A DNA stretch of 64,000 nucleotides from Candidatus Micrarchaeota archaeon (GTDB lineage: Archaea > B1Sed10-29 > JAJSAI01): contig CAZVAJ010000001.1 of assembly GCA_964625085.1 (NCBI GenBank), positions 32,001 to 96,000 of the forward strand, written 5' to 3'. A program made the translations under genes and the position numbers. This document shows, in pieces, positions 57,983 through 64,000 of this stretch. The notes beneath the pieces are model-generated. The model was not told where the DNA came from. It made no database searches and saw only the letters and a list, made by a program, of their open reading frames with translations. Each line of letters opens with the position of its first letter. The first letter of the stretch is position 1.

Positions 57983-58439
57983 GACACACTACCTTATTGT
58001 GGACTAGTACACGGTCATTAAGGTTTATCCGTGTAGTCATCCCAGGAGCAATTCTCGTTACAGCGTACACTGTCTTACCTGAATCAAGCACGACTCTCGC
58101 GGTCAGACTGTTCTCTTTTCCTTTCCTCTCTGCCCTGAATCCTACTACTTTTCCTGCTTCTACTTTGCACGGCTGCTCCTTGTTATGGTACTCTAGGAAG
58201 TATTTTACGATAAGATCAGGCCTGGGCTTTATGGAAAACCTGCTCTTCTCCAGGATAACCGTTGACATAATCCTGTCGTAGTCTTCAGGAAATGCCTCCC
58301 TAAGCAGGTTATCAGGCGTCTTCTTCTTATTCATAGCGTAGAGTAGTCTGCCTTTAACGTCTTCTGGAAGGGAATATGCTGGCATGCATATCCTTGCGAA
58401 AAGCTCTTTCTCAGGTTCTGACATGCTCCTCTTGAACAA
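57969..58439 (-). CDS. Hypothetical protein with HypC-like C-terminal OB fold
   Basis: PCKV..GKV and D.VLVH...VC..L; overlaps the protease gene. Confidence 0.65.
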   Translation of the reverse strand: MFKRSMSEPEKELFARICMPAYSLPEDVKGRLLYAMNKKKTPDNLLREAFPEDYDRIMSTVILEKSRFSIKPRPDLIVKYFLEYHNKEQPCKVEAGKVVGFRAERKGKENSLTARVVLDSGKTVYAVTRIAPGMTTRINLNDRVLVHNKVVCHVLE

Positions 58440-58524
58440 AAAAACGCCTCCAGATATGTTCTCTTGGCACTGTTTTTAAGGCTTTCGCCCGATTTTATAT
58501 AAGCAGGATTCAGAAGAATGAATC

Positions 58525-59262
58525 ATGCTTTCAGAAAAGAGGGAAATAGAGAAGAGCCTGCAAGCAAAGAAAACAATAATCATCGTGGGAAATTGCAGGG
58601 TTCTTTATTCTGGAAGGGCTGTTTCAGAACTGGGCACGGGTGAAAGAATAGTGCTAATAAAACCGGATGGAACGTTCCTTGTTCATCAGCCATCTAAGAC
58701 ACCTCCTGTGAACTACCAGAAGACAGGGACCAAATTCAAAGTAGAGTACGATGGAAACGAGCTGATAATAACCGGGAAAAATGGTGAAGATACTCTTTCA
58801 GTATTCTTTAACAGGATAATCCTGCTGCGCGCCCTAAACTTGCATGATAACAGCAGGTCTGTTGTCAGGGGCATTGAAACCCACATATCAGACGCGCTTT
58901 CACAAGACCTTGAAGTAATAGAAACGGGAATGAAGGCTGTCAAAAGAGAGGGGTTCTTGCCAAAAGGAATGGTCGACATCTGGGCTGAAGACAAGCAGGG
59001 CAACATCGTGCTAATAGAAGTGAAAAGAAGAAAAGCAGGGCTTAATGCGGTTTCACAACTAAAAAGGTACGTGGAAGAAGTGCAGAAAAGAAAGGGGCAG
59101 AACGTGCGAGGGATCTTGTGCGCTCCTGAAATAACAGAGCACGCCAGAAAGTTTCTTGAAAAAGAAGGGCTGGAGTTCAAGAGAATCAGTTACAAGATAT
59201 CAGAAACAACACAGATAGATGGCTCTAACCAAAAGCAAGCCAAGTTGGAGAAGTATGTTTAA
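58525..59262 (+). CDS. nucS: Mismatch-specific endonuclease NucS/EndoMS
   Basis: C.V.Y.GRA.S.L..G.R..LIKPDG..LVH, P.NYQ, VDI, IEVKR, AV.QL.RY. Confidence 0.95.
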   Translation: MLSEKREIEKSLQAKKTIIIVGNCRVLYSGRAVSELGTGERIVLIKPDGTFLVHQPSKTPPVNYQKTGTKFKVEYDGNELIITGKNGEDTLSVFFNRIILLRALNLHDNSRSVVRGIETHISDALSQDLEVIETGMKAVKREGFLPKGMVDIWAEDKQGNIVLIEVKRRKAGLNAVSQLKRYVEEVQKRKGQNVRGILCAPEITEHARKFLEKEGLEFKRISYKISETTQIDGSNQKQAKLEKYV

Positions 59263-59477
59263 AAAAACATGTGATTTTTGGACAAATGTCAAATAATATG
59301 CTTGATTGGTTTATAAACCACCAGGGATTTGGATGTTTAATAGTAATATTTTTATATTACCTGCGCATAATGATAAATGCTAAAGAGGATGGCTCACCTA
59401 AACCGAGGGGATCATAAAGATCCTCTCAAACCCTTTTCCTGATGACTTATTTATAGGATTAGGGAGTATGTTTTCTG

Positions 59478-60008
59478 ATGGTTCTGAGGCTTGTTATAAC
59501 CGGCGTTCCTGGAACAGGAAAGACAACTGTTGCCAGGGCACTTGGGAAAAAGCTGGGAATGCCTGTAATCAGCCTGACAGATTACATGAAAAAGAAAAAA
59601 CTCTACTCAGGAGAGATTGAAGGAGAACTGGTCGCAGACCTAAACAAGCTGAAAAAAGCGCTGTCAAAAGAAGAGAACGTGATAATAGAAGGGCATCTTG
59701 CGTGCGAGGTAAAGGTGCCTGACTCCCTTGTTATAGTGCTTAGAACAAGGCCAGATGTTATAAAAGAAAGGCTCTCAGACAGAGGTTATTCTGACAAAAA
59801 ACTAAGGGATAACATGGAAGCAGAAGCCCTTGACTACTGCACAATCCGGGCAGAAGAAGAATACGGGCAAAAAAGAGTGTACGAGGTGGACACCACAGGA
59901 AAGACGGTCGAACAGGTAGTAGAAGAATGCTTGAGAATAGCAAAAGGGCGTGCAGGAAAACAGAAGAGAATAGACTTTTCAGACTATTTTCTCAGCAGGG
60001 GAAACTGA
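59478..60008 (+). CDS. Adenylate kinase, AK6/Fap7 family
   Basis: ITGVPGTGKT, IIEGH, RL..RGY...K...N..AE. Confidence 0.92.
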   Translation: MVLRLVITGVPGTGKTTVARALGKKLGMPVISLTDYMKKKKLYSGEIEGELVADLNKLKKALSKEENVIIEGHLACEVKVPDSLVIVLRTRPDVIKERLSDRGYSDKKLRDNMEAEALDYCTIRAEEEYGQKRVYEVDTTGKTVEQVVEECLRIAKGRAGKQKRIDFSDYFLSRGN

Positions 60009-60360
60009 CCGACTGATACCCTGTTTGGCTTATTGTGTACTCTCTGCTGCCAGGAAGTGACGCGTTCATGTCAAAGTATGATGTCTCGCCCACATCAAGT
60101 TCAGACACGTAGAACCAAGCCACTTCCCCTCCAGTAGAATTGTACACCGTGAAGTTAGTGTTCCGGATAACAAGCGCGCCCCCGTTCTTAACCTGTATAA
60201 CGTTCCCTTCACATGACTGGACTATCAGAGACCGGTAGACCGTGTCAGGAAGAACAGGTTTTTCAGCGTACGGAAGCACCCAGTAGTACACTGAAATGCC
60301 TGCAATCACGGTTATTGCAATAAACAGTACCATCGCTATGATTGGAGAAAGTCCTTTCAT
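59992..60360 (-). CDS. Archaeal type IV pilin-like protein
   Basis: Class III signal peptide MKG/LSPIIA followed by a hydrophobic helix. Confidence 0.88.
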   Translation of the reverse strand: MKGLSPIIAMVLFIAITVIAGISVYYWVLPYAEKPVLPDTVYRSLIVQSCEGNVIQVKNGGALVIRNTNFTVYNSTGGEVAWFYVSELDVGETSYFDMNASLPGSREYTISQTGYQSVSFPC

Positions 60361-60420
60361 GTTTTCTTGAACTCAGTCAAGTAATTTAATTGTTTCACAA
60401 TCCTTACTCTCACAGGAGGA

Positions 60421-60639
60421 TCAAGACACCTGATCCTGCTGTTGCTGATCATGTCTATCACAAGATAAAACTTCACTAACAAGCCCCCACGGAATTGTGT
60501 CTCTCACCTTCATCTTAAGTTCTTTTATGCTCTTGCACGTGATTTCTTTCCTGTTTAACGTGATCCTGTACTCCCCGCTGGCGTTCTCGTGCTCTATTAT
60601 CAGCCGGCAGTCTCCTTGGAATATTATTAAGGTATTCAT
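60421..60639 (-). CDS. Small hypothetical protein
   Basis: ATGA overlap with the upstream gene. Confidence 0.55.
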   Translation of the reverse strand: MNTLIIFQGDCRLIIEHENASGEYRITLNRKEITCKSIKELKMKVRDTIPWGLVSEVLSCDRHDQQQQDQVS

Positions 60640-63095
60640 AGTGTTCTCCTTACAAGCTTTTTCTTGTTCTGTTTCTTCAGCATGAAAAACGAGAACGCTG
60701 CAAAGCCCAATGGAACCGCGTAGTAGGAGTAGTTATTGGATTCTGTTTTTTCCTGAGAAGTTTTATCCTCTTCTTTTTCAGAGCCCTCAGAGAGCTTTAG
60801 GGCAGACTCTTCTGCTTGCTGTTCTTCAATTACTGGTTCTTCTATTATTGGTTTTACTTCAGGCCGGGTGATAGGAGCTGGTGTGTCAGGAGCGGGCTTA
60901 AGAAGAGACTGCACGGCAAAATCAGTGTACTCAGGCTGGCTGGTAAACGAATACTCTGGTTTATCGGCAGGTGGCTGGTCCCCGTTGATTATTGTGGGCG
61001 TGTATTCTGTTGTGGTGGTTTCAGCAGGAGCTGAAAGAACCGCTGCCAGTGTTTTGACCTCTCCCTGATTCAAAGAAGATATTAGGAACAGGATTCTGCC
61101 ATCGTGTTGTATGCATGAATTGCATGACTCAACATCTGCTTCTACTGGATACGATAACAAGATGTTCTTCAGACTGGCTCCTGGGTTGATTACCCTTATC
61201 CTGAACACCTGATCTGTTCTTGAAGACTGTGAAATAAGCCAGCATGGCTTGGTGTACAAAACCGTTGCCTTGCTAACAGCAGTTTCTCCTTCAGGAAGTA
61301 TCACGGGCAGAGGAGACGTTATCTGGTACTCTTTCTCGTAGTACACTTTTTCGTTGTCTGCCTTTACTTGCTCGTTCCTGATCACCTTGCATTCTGGGCG
61401 CGCGAGTAGGCTGATGTTAACCGCTTTCTCTGCACTTGAGAAATGTTTTTCCTGAGAGTTGTCAGGAAAGAACAGACCTGGAGGAAGCTTGATGTTTGCT
61501 TGGTACGCTGTGGTTTTTGGGCCTGTGAACATGATTGTTGCGTTGATGTATGTTTCGGCACTGCAGGGGAGGGGATTTGTCGGAAGCAGCAGTGAATACC
61601 CTGAACTGATAGTGGCCAGCTGTTTATCCAGGTCCAGCAGGATGTCCTGGTATTCTTTGATGATGTTTCCTATATTATCATCAAGGTCGGACTGGTCTGC
61701 TTTCAAAAGCCGGTAGTGTATTCTGTCAAGGAACTCTTCGCTTGCACCTGCTGTTTTAAGTGTGTAGTACTTTTCCCATGCCTTGGCTGAAAGTTGTCTT
61801 GCTATCTCCTTGTATTCTTCCAGTTTTTCTTGCATCCCTCTCAAGCGGTTTTTGAGTATTCCCCTGGAGTCAGGGCTTGAGTCATCAGGCCAATCTGGCT
61901 TGCATTCGATGCCCACAGACCTGAGGGAAGCGCATAGTTTCTCAGCAAGCTTTTTCTCCTGGTCTGGTGTGGAGTGTGTTTTTTCTGAAAAGGTTATGCA
62001 TTTTTTCAGCAGGTTTATTCGCTCTCCCAGCTTTCTGCTCGTACTTGAGCAAACCTGTTTTGCAAGTGGGTATAATGCGCTTTCCGGGTTTGCTTGAGAA
62101 AACTTTTGCCTGGCTTGCGCGCGCAGGACCGGCTCTGTTTCAACCGCTTGCTGCAGCGCGCCCTCCAAAGAAAGCAGGATGCTGGAAGCATTAGTGTTGT
62201 AACCATGCAGAAGGATTATTGCCTTTGCTTTCCTCCCGTTCGCGTACATCACTGAGAATTTTTTCATTCTTCCGTCATGCGCTGCTAACCAGGATGTTGC
62301 AATGTAGTATGCTTGTTTAACGCTCATGTTTCCTGATGATGATATCTCACGCTGTTCTAAGGGCAGCGAGTCCCACACCACCATGTCAAGGGCATTACTC
62401 TCGTACTCTTTTACCCTGTAACTGAGTCTTGTGCTGAGTTCTTCTGAAGTCTGCTTTTCTTGCTTGTACTCTGCTTCTATTTCTTGCAAGGCATGGAGAA
62501 ACCTTTTATGCTGCGAGAACATCAGTGTGAACAAAGAATCAGGGTATCCTACAAGAGTATTGTACACGTTGCCTCCTGCCGAAGCGAGGTTAAGGTCCTT
62601 CCTAACTTTTTCAGCGTTTTCTCCGAGCATCATCTTGTTGGAGCCTGCTTCTTTCACTGCTTTTACTGTTTCCTTTAGATCAAGGTAAACTGGTTTGGCC
62701 TTGCCCGAATACTCTTGGTCTGCTACCCCCATTTCTTCAAGCACTTCAGCATCTTTTTCGATCAACACGGCCATGCCGCTGAACGCCTGGGAAGCATCAT
62801 AATACACTTGTTCTAACTTTGCTTTGCAGTAGCTTGACAAGAACAGGCTGCTTTCAGCTTCTTTCAGGTACAAGGCCAGCATGTCCCTGGTCTCGTTCTT
62901 CGCGTTTTCTGCATCATACCATGCTTTTGACAGGCTTTGCAGGTAGTACTCTTTTCCAGGAGCGTCGTACGCCTGCAGGCTTGCGGGAATGTTGGGCGGT
63001 GTGTTGAGTTCTGTTATTCTTGACTGATAGTCTGAAACTGAAAGAAGGCCATTCAACGCCAAGCCGATTAGTATGGCCTGTATTACAGGAGCCAT
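60636..63095 (-). CDS. Large secreted surface protein with C-terminal TM anchor
   Basis: Signal peptide, helical/coiled-coil region, Cys-containing beta region, P/T/E-rich linker, TM helix and basic tail. Confidence 0.8.
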   Translation of the reverse strand: MAPVIQAILIGLALNGLLSVSDYQSRITELNTPPNIPASLQAYDAPGKEYYLQSLSKAWYDAENAKNETRDMLALYLKEAESSLFLSSYCKAKLEQVYYDASQAFSGMAVLIEKDAEVLEEMGVADQEYSGKAKPVYLDLKETVKAVKEAGSNKMMLGENAEKVRKDLNLASAGGNVYNTLVGYPDSLFTLMFSQHKRFLHALQEIEAEYKQEKQTSEELSTRLSYRVKEYESNALDMVVWDSLPLEQREISSSGNMSVKQAYYIATSWLAAHDGRMKKFSVMYANGRKAKAIILLHGYNTNASSILLSLEGALQQAVETEPVLRAQARQKFSQANPESALYPLAKQVCSSTSRKLGERINLLKKCITFSEKTHSTPDQEKKLAEKLCASLRSVGIECKPDWPDDSSPDSRGILKNRLRGMQEKLEEYKEIARQLSAKAWEKYYTLKTAGASEEFLDRIHYRLLKADQSDLDDNIGNIIKEYQDILLDLDKQLATISSGYSLLLPTNPLPCSAETYINATIMFTGPKTTAYQANIKLPPGLFFPDNSQEKHFSSAEKAVNISLLARPECKVIRNEQVKADNEKVYYEKEYQITSPLPVILPEGETAVSKATVLYTKPCWLISQSSRTDQVFRIRVINPGASLKNILLSYPVEADVESCNSCIQHDGRILFLISSLNQGEVKTLAAVLSAPAETTTTEYTPTIINGDQPPADKPEYSFTSQPEYTDFAVQSLLKPAPDTPAPITRPEVKPIIEEPVIEEQQAEESALKLSEGSEKEEDKTSQEKTESNNYSYYAVPLGFAAFSFFMLKKQNKKKLVRRTL

Positions 63096-63191
63096 GGAAA
63101 AGAGTGAGGGTCAAAACATGATTAAACGCCTGCAAAAACCCTGCAGTTTACTCCAGTTAAACCTTAAAAACGAGCGTAAAGTATCATTAAC

Positions 63192-63761
63192 ATGCTTTCG
63201 CTGGAACAGGGAACAGAACTTGTTAAAATAGCCAGAGAGGCAATAATGTCTGAAGAAAAAGAGCATCCTAGAAACTGGCTTAACGAAAAAAGAGGGATAT
63301 TTGTCACAGTAAACACTTATCCAGATCATGTTCTAAGAGGGTGTATAGGATTTCCTTACCCTGAAAGGCCCTTGATAGAAACGGTAAAAGAAGCTGCCAG
63401 AGCAGCTGCTTTCGGTGACCCGAGGTTCTTACCTGTTGACCTGGAGAAAGAGGAGATAGTCATAGAAGTAAGCGTGCTCTCAGAACCAGAGCGGCTTGAC
63501 TGCAAGCCAGAAGAAAGGCCAGAGCACATTGTTGTGGGAAAGCATGGCATTATAGTGAAAAAGGGGATGAATTCGGGGCTGCTGCTTCCTCAGGTTGCAG
63601 TAGAGTACGGCATGACTCCTGAAGAGTTCTTGTCAGAAACTTGTCTGAAAGCAGGTTTGGAAGCGAACGCGTGGATAGAACATGATACACGGGTATACGT
63701 TTTTAGCGCGCAGGTTTTTGCAGAGAAAACGCCAGAAGGAAAAGTGGAGGAGATAATGTGA
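63192..63761 (+). CDS. AMMECR1-family protein (AmmeMemoRadiSam protein A)
   Basis: GIFVT, LRGCIG, AAF.DPRF, GLLLPQV, CLKAG. Confidence 0.95.
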   Translation: MLSLEQGTELVKIAREAIMSEEKEHPRNWLNEKRGIFVTVNTYPDHVLRGCIGFPYPERPLIETVKEAARAAAFGDPRFLPVDLEKEEIVIEVSVLSEPERLDCKPEERPEHIVVGKHGIIVKKGMNSGLLLPQVAVEYGMTPEEFLSETCLKAGLEANAWIEHDTRVYVFSAQVFAEKTPEGKVEEIM

Positions 63762-64000
63762 GCATACTAATAAAGGACGTTATGCTACCTTGGGGACGGA
63801 AAGCAAGCGTCAGCATTTTAGGAAACAGAATCGTGGAAGTGGGAAAGAACATTAAAGGAGAGCATGAACACGTGCTGGACGGGAAAGGATGCCTTCTTGT
63901 TCCAGGGCTAGTGAATGCCCATACCCATATTGCCATGACCGGATTCAGAGGAATTGCGGATGATCTTCCCTTGCAGGAGTGGTTAGAAGAACACATCTGG
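63758..64000 (+). CDS. Amidohydrolase, MTA/SAH deaminase-like (3' partial)
   Basis: Manual translation ...[35 protein letters not shown], running off the window. Confidence 0.88.
   Translation, partial: MSILIKDVMLPWGRKASVSILGNRIVEVGKNIKGEHEHVLDGKGCLLVPGLVNAHTHIAMTGFRGIADDLPLQEWLEEHIW

Noticed and set aside
59383..59450. Fluoride riboswitch or hammerhead ribozyme (GATGG..TAAACCG..CTGATGAC)
   Set aside because: It lacks the P1 and pseudoknot pairing of the fluoride riboswitch and the GAAA core of a hammerhead.
1..64000. CRISPR arrays, rRNA genes, transposases or integrases
   Set aside because: No regularly spaced repeats, rRNA signatures or recombinase motifs were seen by eye.

Overview
A gene-dense archaeal core-genome window, probably from a DPANN-type lineage. 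That placement is inferred from compact proteins and gene losses within conserved clusters and cannot be proved from the sequence alone. Positions 1-19.5 kb hold the conserved translation/transcription superoperon: cbf5, five tRNAs, r-proteins, RNAP subunits, enolase, mvk-ipk-fni, gltX, aIF5B, aIF2-gamma, ppa, spt4 and kae1. The rest encodes lipid, secretion and tRNA-modification genes (archaeosortase-like, carS, DUF92, secDF, trmI, tgtA), TyrRS, PolD with a homing-endonuclease intein in DP2, sepF, two Cdc6 paralogs, Hel308, proteasome beta, aCPSF1, AsnRS, a group 4 [NiFe]-hydrogenase operon, NucS, a pilin and surface proteins. The most notable observations are: (1) an Mbh H-N-like hydrogenase with no Mrp module, a shortened antiporter subunit and a HypC-like maturation candidate; (2) a GluRS lacking its anticodon-binding domain; (3) tRNA-Gly(TCC) with a 35-nt intron in the D-loop; (4) an archaeosortase-carS-DUF92 operon; (5) a KaiC-like protein lacking catalytic residues, coupled to secFD; (6) structured RNA leaders before rpl7ae, rps15 and the PolD operon. 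No CRISPR array, rRNA or transposase was seen. All family assignments come from motif recognition by eye, not database searches.
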